The translations under genes and the position numbers were made by a program. This document shows positions 20,022 through 29,072 of a stretch of 64,000 bases of DNA, piece by piece (the stretch's first letter is position 1; each line of letters starts with the position of its first letter). The notes under the pieces are model-generated. The model was not told where the DNA came from. It made no database searches and saw nothing but the letters and a program-made list of their open reading frames with translations. The stretch is from Candidatus Micrarchaeota archaeon. GTDB taxonomy: Archaea; Micrarchaeota; Micrarchaeia; Norongarragalinales; SBBD01. Location of the stretch: contig JAHJQN010000008.1 in NCBI GenBank assembly GCA_018819225.1, positions 96,001 through 160,000 of the forward strand, in the 5' to 3' direction.

Positions 20022-20894
20022 ATGCCTTGGCTGTTGCTAACCATAGCGTCCGCATTCCTCAAAACGATCACTGAAATCATGCGCAAGCGCTTGCTGTTAA
20101 AAAGAGTCAATGCGTTCAGCGTCGCCTTACTCACGGGAGGGATCGCATCCGTTTTACTCCCGCTAGTATTCTGGAGCCAAGCCGACTTCACCTTTTCCGA
20201 GAAGACCTTTCAACTCCTGATCGTACAAGCCATTCTGAATTGCATCACGTTCTACATCATCCTGGAAGGATTTCGTCGCTGGGATGCGTCACGTGCGTCC
20301 CCCATGGCCAACTTCAGTCCGTTATTCGCCGCGCTCCTGGGTTTCCTGGTTCTCGGAGAAATGCTGTCCATCACGCAATTCGCCGGTATCGGGCTCATCG
20401 TGATCGGTTCCCTCTTCCTTGAAGGACACGGGATCCACTGGCGCAAATGGCTCTCGAAAAGGGAAGATCGGCAAACGTTCCTAATGATTATCGGCGGAGC
20501 CGCGTTATGGTCGGTGCACATGCTCATCGCGAAAATCGTGTTGCAAGAAATCAACGTGTACACGAACGCTATCGTATTTACATGGCTGTATACCGGATTT
20601 TACATCGCGTGGTTGGCGGTCCGCAAACCCTTGCAAGGCAACGTGTTTCAAAGCCTGCGCAAGCACCACAAACAGTTCGTGATACTGGTGATATTCGATT
20701 ACGCGCATTATTTGTTACTATTGGCTGCCCTCGCGATTCCGGGCGCCATGCTGAGTCTCATCGCGCCGATCCACCGAATCAACAGCATTTTTACCGTGCT
20801 GATCGGCGGAAAACTCTTAAAAGAAAAATACGTGCTGAAACGCGCACTCGCAACCGTTATTATGATTGCCGGGGTGTGGTTCATCGCATCTTAA
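20022..20894 (+). CDS. EamA/DMT family transporter
   Basis: About 10 TM in two repeats; SPLFAALLGFLVLGE, LLKEK. Confidence 0.88.
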   Translation: MPWLLLTIASAFLKTITEIMRKRLLLKRVNAFSVALLTGGIASVLLPLVFWSQADFTFSEKTFQLLIVQAILNCITFYIILEGFRRWDASRASPMANFSPLFAALLGFLVLGEMLSITQFAGIGLIVIGSLFLEGHGIHWRKWLSKREDRQTFLMIIGGAALWSVHMLIAKIVLQEINVYTNAIVFTWLYTGFYIAWLAVRKPLQGNVFQSLRKHHKQFVILVIFDYAHYLLLLAALAIPGAMLSLIAPIHRINSIFTVLIGGKLLKEKYVLKRALATVIMIAGVWFIAS

Positions 20895-21346
20895 GAAACG
20901 CATACTTCAAGAACCACCCCGGTCCGATCGTCGTGCATGAACGCCAGACGCCGAACGCATGTCCGAGGAATCTCCGTTGTACCCGTTGCACCCCTTTCCG
21001 AGCCCGAAAGCGTTTCAACCACCACGCGCAACGATTGATTGGTTTGAACGGAATGCTGAAGAAACGAAATGGTTTCAGGAGAAAGCGACCCGACCGCCCG
21101 TACATCCAATGCATTGGAAGTCCGAAAACCGTTATCGCAATAAAGCAGCCCTCCTTGCTCGGAACACGTCGATAATAATAAAGAAGCGGATTGGATGGCG
21201 ACGCGTTCCGATTCGCTCAAACCGAGAGTAAAGAGAATATCCGAGACCTCGCGCTGATACGAAATAAATAACACGCTAATCGTTAACACGAGGAGAAGCA
21301 AAGCCACCAGAACATCCGCGGAGAAAAGTCCAGCCATCCAGATCAT
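20891..21346 (-). CDS. Pilin-like protein (possible class III signal peptide)
   Basis: G-LFSAD followed by a long hydrophobic helix. Confidence 0.55.
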   Translation of the reverse strand: MIWMAGLFSADVLVALLLLVLTISVLFISYQREVSDILFTLGLSESERVAIQSASLLLSTCSEQGGLLYCDNGFRTSNALDVRAVGSLSPETISFLQHSVQTNQSLRVVVETLSGSERGATGTTEIPRTCVRRLAFMHDDRTGVVLEVCVS

Positions 21347-21445
21347 CCAGAATCATTTCGGGTATTAAAAGGGGATACCTTTAAATACTTAAAATCGCAT
21401 ACCAGCATAAATAAAACGTTCGACCCACAAGCGGTGATTTATAAT

Positions 21446-22270
21446 ATGTACGGTGGCCCTGCAACTGCGGGAAAAACGCAGCATTTGGAATCTTCGATTC
21501 CGTTGATCCTAATCATAATTCTCGCTATTTTCATCGCCGGAAATTTCGGCTTCATTAACTTCTCCGACGTACCGTTATTAAACCAAGTCTTCGGAGGAAA
21601 AATCATCAAGGTAGGAGTCGTCGGACGCATTACGCCTGAAATGAAGACCATGCTCGTCAGCGAGGAAGCGCGCACCACCGGCATCTATTATGGAACCGGA
21701 GACGGATTGCGCCCCGACCAATTGTTTGGAGGCGTATTGAAACCCTTTGACATCATCATCATGCAAGGCCAGCAAGTCTGCGACCGTTCCGCCCGGAAAA
21801 CGGTTACGGACTGGGTCAAGAGTGGAGGAAAGCTGATCGTGGTTGGAGATGCGTGCACGCGTGTTACCGATGATCCTGCCGCTCTCGGATGGGACGTCGG
21901 AATCGGATTGCTGGGAGATGTCATGCCCGCTCAAATTGGCGGCGTGACTCCGGAACGTGAACCCATCACCACGGGATGCGCATCCGGACGATTCAAGTTC
22001 ATTAACCCCGATCACCCGATCGGTAGCGGAATCAAGAACTTCCAGTTCTCTGGAAGAACCATTAACGTGTTCCCGACCTCGAATTCGCAGCTCATTGCAA
22101 CAATCGATTGCTCGGATACGGGCCGCGTGAGCGCTCCGGCAACGTACGCCATTCTCGAGAGTTCCGGAATCTTGACCGGTAAAGTCGTCTACTTTGCGCA
22201 TGACCCGGGTACGACGTCCAGGAACATGTTCTTGAATACGCTCAAGTACTTGAAGAGCCAGCGCGGTTAG
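21446..22270 (+). CDS. Membrane-anchored protein with class I glutamine amidotransferase-like (ThuA-type) domain
   Basis: N-terminal TM; FDIIIMQG, DWVKSGGKLIVVG, HPI, GKVVYF; GGTGA RBS. Confidence 0.6.
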   Translation: MYGGPATAGKTQHLESSIPLILIIILAIFIAGNFGFINFSDVPLLNQVFGGKIIKVGVVGRITPEMKTMLVSEEARTTGIYYGTGDGLRPDQLFGGVLKPFDIIIMQGQQVCDRSARKTVTDWVKSGGKLIVVGDACTRVTDDPAALGWDVGIGLLGDVMPAQIGGVTPEREPITTGCASGRFKFINPDHPIGSGIKNFQFSGRTINVFPTSNSQLIATIDCSDTGRVSAPATYAILESSGILTGKVVYFAHDPGTTSRNMFLNTLKYLKSQRG

Positions 22271-22323
22271 AACGCCTGGTTCCCTCTTTATTTTTTATAA
22301 AGAATGAGCGGTCAGCACACCCC

Positions 22324-22860
22324 CTACTTCCGGTAGCCCTGGATGGACGCCTTCTTGCTATGCTTAAAGACTCGTCGCTCCAGAACAATGTTGAGGACGC
22401 GCTCTCCAAACGCCTCGGCACGCACCAAATCCGTGTCGTCAAGTTTCTGGCGAATCAAGCCGTGACGGCGCATACTCAGCGTGTTGACAATGCGCGCGCC
22501 TTTTTCCTCCAAGCGCTCGACCGCCTGCTCCATCCCTTTTTTCTTGGACTCAAACGAGCAATAGATCGCGATCGGAACCCCTTTCCATTCATTACTGGCA
22601 ATGAAATCGAATACGGTTCGACTCTGAGAAAACGATCCGAGCTCAAACCCCAAGAAAACGATGCCGAAACGCGTCAGATCCACGGATAACTTTTCCGGGT
22701 GATGCATACGCCCGAAAAAGGGGAAATTCTTAAGGCGCTTGCGCTCGCCAAGATCCAACAATGAATACTCCACGCCGACTTTCCGACAGCCTTCCTTCAC
22801 GGAAGCAGCCAGACGTCTCGAAAATCCTTCAGGAGAAGCGTACACAATAAGCGCCCGCAT
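22324..22860 (-). CDS. Flavodoxin-like protein
   Basis: ALIVYASPEG, WKGVPIAIYCS, RAEAFGER. Confidence 0.7.
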   Translation of the reverse strand: MRALIVYASPEGFSRRLAASVKEGCRKVGVEYSLLDLGERKRLKNFPFFGRMHHPEKLSVDLTRFGIVFLGFELGSFSQSRTVFDFIASNEWKGVPIAIYCSFESKKKGMEQAVERLEEKGARIVNTLSMRRHGLIRQKLDDTDLVRAEAFGERVLNIVLERRVFKHSKKASIQGYRK

Positions 22861-22943
22861 CCCGCGACCACCTTCCATGCTGCAGTACCATATGAACGTA
22901 TATAAACCTAGCGAGCGTATTTACACAAAAATGAGTGATTTTG

Positions 22944-23630
22944 ATGAAGCGGTTTGAAGCCAACGCATTAGGCATCTTGTTTCTCTTGGCAACCAAAGGA
23001 GCCGGCCAATGCGCCTTGAAAATGAGCACGGCTACCCTCGCAACGGAAATTGGGGTCTCCCAGCAAACCGTTTCAAGGTGGCTCATGGAGCTATCTGAAG
23101 AAGGATTCGTGGAAAGGGGATTTAACAACATTCGTCTAACGCCTCACGCAGTAGGGTTTCTGAATGAGAAGCAAGCGATGTTGAAAGAAGTGCTTCACGA
23201 ACAAACCCCATCGGAGTTTCGAGGAAATGTGGTGTCCGGAATGGAGGATGGAAAGTACTATTTATCGCTTCCGGAATACCGGCTACAACTGAAAGAACTG
23301 CTTGGCTACTCCGTGTTTCCAGGGACGTTAAACCTCCGACTCAGCGATTCGCGATCGCAATCTCTTAAACAACGACTCGTTACGCGCAAGGCATTAATCA
23401 TCCAAGATTTTCGTCGGGAAGACCGGTTATTTGGAGGGGCACTGCTATATCCAGCTGAGCTTCACGTACCTAAAAATGGAAGACAAACCGTTTGCGCGAT
23501 CATCGTACCCAAGAAATCACATTATGGACCGGAAGTGCTTGAAATCGTGGCTAAAGAGTACTTGAGAAAAAAACTCCATCTCGTTGAAGGCGATGCCATT
23601 CAAGTGCACACCCTGGAACGAAGCCCTTAA
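22944..23630 (+). CDS. ribK: HTH-fused CTP-dependent riboflavin kinase (RbkR-type)
   Basis: LATEIGVSQQTVSR HTH; GNVVSGMEDGKYY, FPGTLNL, LEIVA..YLR. Confidence 0.9.
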   Translation: MKRFEANALGILFLLATKGAGQCALKMSTATLATEIGVSQQTVSRWLMELSEEGFVERGFNNIRLTPHAVGFLNEKQAMLKEVLHEQTPSEFRGNVVSGMEDGKYYLSLPEYRLQLKELLGYSVFPGTLNLRLSDSRSQSLKQRLVTRKALIIQDFRREDRLFGGALLYPAELHVPKNGRQTVCAIIVPKKSHYGPEVLEIVAKEYLRKKLHLVEGDAIQVHTLERSP

Positions 23631-23654
23631 AAGCGTCCGGCCATATAGTTTATT

Positions 23655-23954
23655 GGCAGGTGGTGAGCGTACCGCTGTCCTTATCCCGTTCACGGGAAGA
23701 GGAGGAAGTTCTGTCCGCCCGAGACACGATGTCTTGCAACGTCTGCAATACGGCTTGCTTAAGGCAAACAGTGGGGAGCAGAAACGAGACTCGGCACGTT
23801 GAGCAATGATGCAAAAGAGCTTCGATGCGTGCAAGAGGTGAAACGGCCCCGCTGGCAACAGCGCTTTCAAGCGCTGTGGGCGCAAGAGTTTAAACCGGCT
23901 CGCTCAGATCCATGCGGTAGACAACAAAAGACAGGCTACCACTCGCCGCCTGCC
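23655..23954 (+). ncRNA. rnpB: RNase P RNA (archaeal, type M-like)
   Basis: P1 GGCAGGTGGTGAG/CTCGCCGCCTGCC; GAGGAAGTTCTGTC pairs with AACAAAAGACAGGCT (P4); GCAGAAACG and GGTGAAACGG conserved regions. Confidence 0.92.
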
Positions 23955-23981
23955 CCATTCTTTTTCGCGTGAAAACTCCCC

Positions 23982-25178
23982 ATGAACCTCGCACGCTTAA
24001 TCGCCTTGGTAGTCAAACACTCCAAGTTAACCGATGAAGAAGTGCTGCACAATATTCAAACCAAGCAAAAAGAGTATCAGAACCTCATCAGCGAAGAATC
24101 CGCAGCCGAGCTCCTACTTCAAGATCTCGGCGTATCCGTAAAAGAAGAGGATGCGCCCGTTGAATGGAACACGCTTGAGCAAGTCGCGAAAAGCCAACCG
24201 TCTGAAGCCCATGTGGTGGCGAGGTTGCTGCAAATCTATTCCCCCAAACGCTTTGAAACCAGCTCCCGAAAAGGAATCGTCTGCAACATCGAGATAGCGG
24301 ACGAAAGCGGGAAAGGCACGCTCGTGCTATGGAACGAAGACGTGCGCGTCATGGAAAGACAAAAATGGAAACGAAACGATGTCTGGGAAATGAAGAGATT
24401 GCAACCCCGTAACTTTAATCCATTGGAAGTGCACGCGTCCATGCTCACGGAATTCTCGCGCGTCGGCGAGCGACAACACATTGAAAAAAAAGAAGCCCGC
24501 ACCACCCCCTTTGAATTCCTGCGGGAAGGAACCGAGGTCGATGTGCTGGCACGCGTCGTGGAAATCGGGGCCTTAAAAGAATTTGATAAATCTGGCCGCA
24601 CCGGAAAAGTCGTCAACATAACGCTCTTGGACGATAAAGGAAAAACCGTTCCGGCCGTGCTATGGGACTATTATGCGGAGTACGCGAGTCAATTCCTGAA
24701 CATCGGGGACGCGATTCTCCTGGAAGGATTTCCAGTAAAAAACGGAAGAAACGGCTTGGAGCTGAACGCATCCTGGAAATCGCATTTGGTGCGGGAACCC
24801 TTCGGACATAAACTGAAGGCACGCGAAGCCGTTCTGTCACAACAAGCGCCGAGCGTCACCCTAACGGAACTCGCCCGCGTCCCGCGCGGGGTCATCACCG
24901 CCGAACTGGAACGCATTATTTCGTTCCGAGAAAAAGGGGATTCCATCGAATTGGAAGCGGAATTCAAACAAGACGAGCAAAAAGTGGCGATCGTGTTCCG
25001 GGGAAACGAGGCGTTACAACTGCTGGGTCTTCGCCACGTGCCCACCATTCCTTTGGAAACCATCTTGAAGCTCAAGGAAGCCTATTTAAAAGGAAAAACG
25101 CGTACCGTGGTCATACAAAAAGAAATGATGGCGGATCGCGTGAAACTATTGGCGGAACACGTGATGCGCGCCAACTGA
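23982..25178 (+). CDS. rpa: Replication protein A (multi OB-fold ssDNA-binding protein)
   Basis: LISEESAAELL; IADESG..TLVLW; LLDDKG..AVLWD OB folds. Confidence 0.85.
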   Translation: MNLARLIALVVKHSKLTDEEVLHNIQTKQKEYQNLISEESAAELLLQDLGVSVKEEDAPVEWNTLEQVAKSQPSEAHVVARLLQIYSPKRFETSSRKGIVCNIEIADESGKGTLVLWNEDVRVMERQKWKRNDVWEMKRLQPRNFNPLEVHASMLTEFSRVGERQHIEKKEARTTPFEFLREGTEVDVLARVVEIGALKEFDKSGRTGKVVNITLLDDKGKTVPAVLWDYYAEYASQFLNIGDAILLEGFPVKNGRNGLELNASWKSHLVREPFGHKLKAREAVLSQQAPSVTLTELARVPRGVITAELERIISFREKGDSIELEAEFKQDEQKVAIVFRGNEALQLLGLRHVPTIPLETILKLKEAYLKGKTRTVVIQKEMMADRVKLLAEHVMRAN

Positions 25179-25188
25179 AGGAATCACC

Positions 25189-26007
25189 ATGAACCGAAAC
25201 GAGATGCTGCAAAAAGCCAAGAAAAAAGTGCAAGCGGATTTATCGCGAAAAGATTTACCCGTTATTCAAGCCGTACGCACGCTCGACGATATCGACTCCG
25301 CTAAAAGCCTGTTGTTTGAACGCCTCAACGAATGGTTCAAACTCAATTTTCCGGATCTCGAAATCCAAAACGAGGAAACGTATTGTAAAGTGGTGGCGGA
25401 GTTCGGCGCCCGAGAAGAATTTGATCTCCTCAAACTGCAGGAAATGGTGGGCGTTAAACGGGCCATCCATTTAATGGAAAAAGCGGAGGCGAGTTACGGG
25501 GCCTCGTTTGATTTACAGGATCGAAAGGCCGTAAAAGCCCTTGCGAGGCGCGTGCTCGGATTATATGAAACGCGAACCGAACTGGAAACGTACATTTCTT
25601 TTGAAGCCGAACGCCTCATGAAAAACATTGCCTACCTCACCGATCCGTTGTTTTCAGCGCGTTTGCTGGCCACCGCTGGAAGCCTGCAGCGCCTTGCGAA
25701 AATGCCGGGAAGCACGATTCAAGTCATCGGAGCCGAGAAAGCCTTGTTCAGGCACTTGCGGAAAGGCAGCCGGCCGCCCAAGCACGGCGTGTTGTTTCAA
25801 ACCGCGTTAATCAGTACGGCACCCCCTGATAAACGAGGCACGTTTGCACGCATTCTCGCATCCAAAATCGCGATCGCAGCCAAAGCGGACTATTATTCCA
25901 AAAACTTTATTGCTCCGCAACTGAAAGAAAAAATGGATGAACGCATCAAAGAAGCGCGTTCCCATCGAAGCAAACCCAAGCCAACGTATCGATCGCAACG
26001 ATTCTAG
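25189..26007 (+). CDS. nop5: Nop5/Nop56 box C/D sRNP protein (short form)
   Basis: VIQAVRTLDDID, ERLNEW..FP, MPGSTIQVIGAEKALF, PPKHG. Confidence 0.9.
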   Translation: MNRNEMLQKAKKKVQADLSRKDLPVIQAVRTLDDIDSAKSLLFERLNEWFKLNFPDLEIQNEETYCKVVAEFGAREEFDLLKLQEMVGVKRAIHLMEKAEASYGASFDLQDRKAVKALARRVLGLYETRTELETYISFEAERLMKNIAYLTDPLFSARLLATAGSLQRLAKMPGSTIQVIGAEKALFRHLRKGSRPPKHGVLFQTALISTAPPDKRGTFARILASKIAIAAKADYYSKNFIAPQLKEKMDERIKEARSHRSKPKPTYRSQRF

Positions 26008-26438
26008 ACATCGCTCATGCGCTGGCCTTTCAGGACGGAGGCTTGCGCAGCCGCCTCCAAACGACCCGCATTTCGTGCGTGCCGGCGCGCCTGGCGCATC
26101 TTATTCTCCACGTGATGATACGCTTTCAGCGCAGCCGCCAATGCATCGCGTTCATGCGAATTCTTTGGCCGAAATCGCGAGGTCATCTTGTATTTTTCCC
26201 GCAGAGTCAACGATCTTGGAGGGAAAAAAAGGCGGCAGCCGAATGATGCACTCAAACGCTTGGCCAACTTGGAAGGCGGATGCGTATCGCTCGCAATCAG
26301 GATCGGATCAAAATCCGCCATCCACTTCATGAATGATTCGCGGCGCACGTTTCGTTTGCTCCGAAGCGCCTGCAACCGGCCGTCAAAATCGAGTACGGCG
26401 AACGCGACCGTTGCGCCAGCATCCACTCCAACAATAAT
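26004..26438 (-). CDS. DUF460 domain protein (start codon problematic)
   Basis: IIVGVDAGAT, PILIASD, SLTLREK, NSHERDALAAALKAY. Confidence 0.75.
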   Translation of the reverse strand: MIVGVDAGATVAFAVLDFDGRLQALRSKRNVRRESFMKWMADFDPILIASDTHPPSKLAKRLSASFGCRLFFPPRSLTLREKYKMTSRFRPKNSHERDALAAALKAYHHVENKMRQARRHARNAGRLEAAAQASVLKGQRMSDV

Positions 26439-26492
26439 GAGGCATCCCCCTCTTACTCAACAGATTGAACGCCCATAGAAAAAGGTATGCTT

Positions 26493-27062
26493 TTACGCAA
26501 AAACCGCGTAAATGGATATGAAATTGAACAGGGCATGCGACAGGATGCAAGGATACAAATTCCGCTCGTTCAAAACGTATGTCCCCAATAAAAGAGCGAT
26601 CCCGAACGCTCCGAACACTTCCACGACCGAACCATAAACCGCGTGAAGCATTCCAAACACCGCCGCAGAAAATAGAACGCCCACTTTTCCCTGCAAATAA
26701 CCTCGAAAAAATACTTCTTCTGCCACCGGAGAGAGCGTAACCGCAATCAAAAGCACGAAGAAAGGTTGAGTTTTAAGCAACGATTCAATGCGATGCAAGT
26801 CTCCGTATCCCACCAAATAAAACAGGAAGGATAAAACGAACGAGATCACCAATAGCGCCAACAGCAAAATGAAGGCGTGGACGAGCATCCGACGCATCAT
26901 GAGAGGGTTCTTCCAATACGAAGGATCCAAATGAATGGCGCGCAACGACGCGTTAATTCGCCGACCCTCCAAAGAGAGCGCCCCGAACGTCGCTAAAAGG
27001 AAAAAAAGGGCCGGGCCAGCGGCCTCCAGAAAACGCGGGAAAGAAAAGAAAAAAAAGTCCAT
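26493..27062 (-). CDS. CPBP/Abi (CAAX) intramembrane metalloprotease
   Basis: AEEVFFRG, FGMLH, HALFN. Confidence 0.9.
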   Translation of the reverse strand: MDFFFFSFPRFLEAAGPALFFLLATFGALSLEGRRINASLRAIHLDPSYWKNPLMMRRMLVHAFILLLALLVISFVLSFLFYLVGYGDLHRIESLLKTQPFFVLLIAVTLSPVAEEVFFRGYLQGKVGVLFSAAVFGMLHAVYGSVVEVFGAFGIALLLGTYVLNERNLYPCILSHALFNFISIYAVFA

Positions 27063-27065
27063 AGG

Positions 27066-28385
27066 TTACTCGGCCAGCAAGACGCGGACTCCAGCCGGCG
27101 TACGCGACAAGTTGCCCGCGCGAATTCCGACGGCATAACCCACTTTCTTCTGCTCAGCCAAATCCACGAGGCGTTGAGTCACGATGCCATCCAGAATCAC
27201 CGCCGAGATGTCCGTCGCGCCCGTTAAAGCGGTCATGATTTCTCGGATCGGCACTTCCTGCATGATCGTCTGGTTTTTGTCCAGAAAACGCGCTTTCAGC
27301 GTGCCCTCCAATTCCTTCAACTGGCCCCGAAGGGCTTGTTCCTTGGCCGCATCTTCAGGAGACACGACTGGCGCCACCGCACGTGCAGGTGCCGGTTCCG
27401 AAGTAGGCTCGTGCGGCTCGGGAGTTGCGCTTCGCTCGGATACATCCCGAGGAGTATACTCGCCTCTTCGTTGGCTGCGGTCTCCACGATCCCTGCGGTA
27501 TCCGCCGCGGTCACGCTCAAAACGACCGCGGGAACGCGGATCGCGATCCATGCCCTGGAATAAGGTGTCTGCCTGATCCGCTGGAACCTTGCGACGCAAA
27601 GCCATAATCATTTCCTTTCGCGTCAGCTCCTCCACTTCCTTTCCAGTAGGAGCCCGCGAAACAAAATCGATATCCGTGGCATGCTGGAGTTCGCGGAGAA
27701 TGATTTCTCCACCGCGGTCCCCATCCAAGAACACCGTTGATTCCTTCGAGCGCGCGAGATCCGCGATCGTTTGTCCCACGTTCGCTCCACCAATACCGAC
27801 GACATTCTTAATGCCGTTCTTGAGGAGATTGATGACGTCGGCGCGTCCTTCGACGATAATGATACTGTCGCTGCGCTCCAAGTCCGGACCGCACGGCAGC
27901 TTATCCGCTCCAAACGACTGCACTTCAGCGATTTTCACTTCCGAACGCACGAGGTCGGCCAATTCCTTACTCTCAGGAATTTCATCCACCACGATGTTGC
28001 GCAACAGGTTCTTCGCCCGATCCAACAAGATCTTGCGCTTCAAATTCCTCGTGTCCTCCACGCGTTCCACGTTAATCCGAGCCTCACACGGACCCACGCG
28101 GTCCACGATCTCCAAACTCGCGGCTAAAATCGCGGTTTCCACCATGTCCAGACTCGACGGAATCAAGATGTTACCGAAACTTCGACCGTTTCGTACATTG
28201 AGATTTACTTCAATGCGCCCAATGCGGCCGTTCTTCTGAAGCTCGCGGAGGTCCAACTCGTCTCCCAAAAGTCCTTCGGTCTGGCCAAAAACGGCTCCCA
28301 CGATGTCGGGCTTGTCGATGATACCATCAATCTCGAAATTGGCTTTCACTAAGTATTTTACCGTATCAATGTACGTCTTTCCCAT
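27066..28385 (-). CDS. dnaG: Archaeal DnaG-type protein
   Basis: KPDIVGAVFGQTEGLLG, IIVEGRADV, DGDRGG (TOPRIM), DGIVTQRL. Confidence 0.96.
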   Translation of the reverse strand: MGKTYIDTVKYLVKANFEIDGIIDKPDIVGAVFGQTEGLLGDELDLRELQKNGRIGRIEVNLNVRNGRSFGNILIPSSLDMVETAILAASLEIVDRVGPCEARINVERVEDTRNLKRKILLDRAKNLLRNIVVDEIPESKELADLVRSEVKIAEVQSFGADKLPCGPDLERSDSIIIVEGRADVINLLKNGIKNVVGIGGANVGQTIADLARSKESTVFLDGDRGGEIILRELQHATDIDFVSRAPTGKEVEELTRKEMIMALRRKVPADQADTLFQGMDRDPRSRGRFERDRGGYRRDRGDRSQRRGEYTPRDVSERSATPEPHEPTSEPAPARAVAPVVSPEDAAKEQALRGQLKELEGTLKARFLDKNQTIMQEVPIREIMTALTGATDISAVILDGIVTQRLVDLAEQKKVGYAVGIRAGNLSRTPAGVRVLLAE

Positions 28386-28426
28386 TTGATTCACCTTGCG
28401 ATGGAAGACGCACCTGCCGATTGACT

Positions 28427-28562
28427 AAAGAATTCGATCCGAATTTTGGGCCCCGTGCACTGTTGACTATGCAGTCATTTCTCTGCTAAGCAGAGATGGG
28501 CAAGCCATCCGTGCACAAAGGCATTCCGATATCACACCCAAATGAACATGAACGAATTCTTT
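28427..28562. other. Structured intergenic element (nested inverted repeats, four-way junction)
   Basis: AAAGAATTCG/CGAATTCTTT, TTTGGG/CCCAAA and GTGCAC/GTGCAC enclose three hairpins. Confidence 0.6.
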
Positions 28563-28567
28563 TACGT

Positions 28568-28993
28568 TTAACGCAGGTGTCCTTCCACTTTTTCTGCGAT
28601 CAGGTCATACAACGAAGGAGAAATTTTGACGATGTCCTTGTCGGATAAGATGCCTACGATCTTCCCTTTCCGGAAGACGACCAGGCGCCTTAAATCCTCG
28701 TTTCCCATGAGCTTTGCCGCGTCACTGATATCGGAATCGGGTTCGACCCCGACCAGCGGCTTGCTCATGACTTCCCGAATAAGGCAATCCGTTCCCTTGC
28801 CAATGGCAAGACAGCGTTCAACCAAATCCGTGTGAGTCACGATGCCCGAAATGCTTCCGTGGCCGGATGCCACGAGCACGCTGCCCACGTGATGTTTTTT
28901 CATCAACTTGGCGGCTTCCAACACGTTTTGTTGCTCGCCAATGGTGATTAGACTCGTCTTCATGACGTCTCCAACTTTAATGCCTGTATCCAT
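28568..28993 (-). CDS. CBS-domain pair protein
   Basis: KVGDVM, GIVTHTDL, IREVMSKP, GILSDKDI. Confidence 0.9.
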   Translation of the reverse strand: MDTGIKVGDVMKTSLITIGEQQNVLEAAKLMKKHHVGSVLVASGHGSISGIVTHTDLVERCLAIGKGTDCLIREVMSKPLVGVEPDSDISDAAKLMGNEDLRRLVVFRKGKIVGILSDKDIVKISPSLYDLIAEKVEGHLR

Positions 28994-29072
28994 GACAAAA
29001 GAGTTGTGCGCGCTCGATTTTATTAAGCTTTCGCGGTTCTTCAAGCCGTAGTACGACAAAACGCGAATAGGC

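Noticed and set aside
23517-23885. ORFs 23517..23885(-) and 23584..23802(+)
   Set aside because: They overlap the RNase P RNA and have no protein motifs.
23864-23886. RNase P segment CTTTCAAGCGCTGTGGGC resembles the minus-strand sequence at about 63907-63889
   Set aside because: Short gapped match found after the fact; the latter is better explained as a tRNA-Gly 5' copy, so treated as coincidence.
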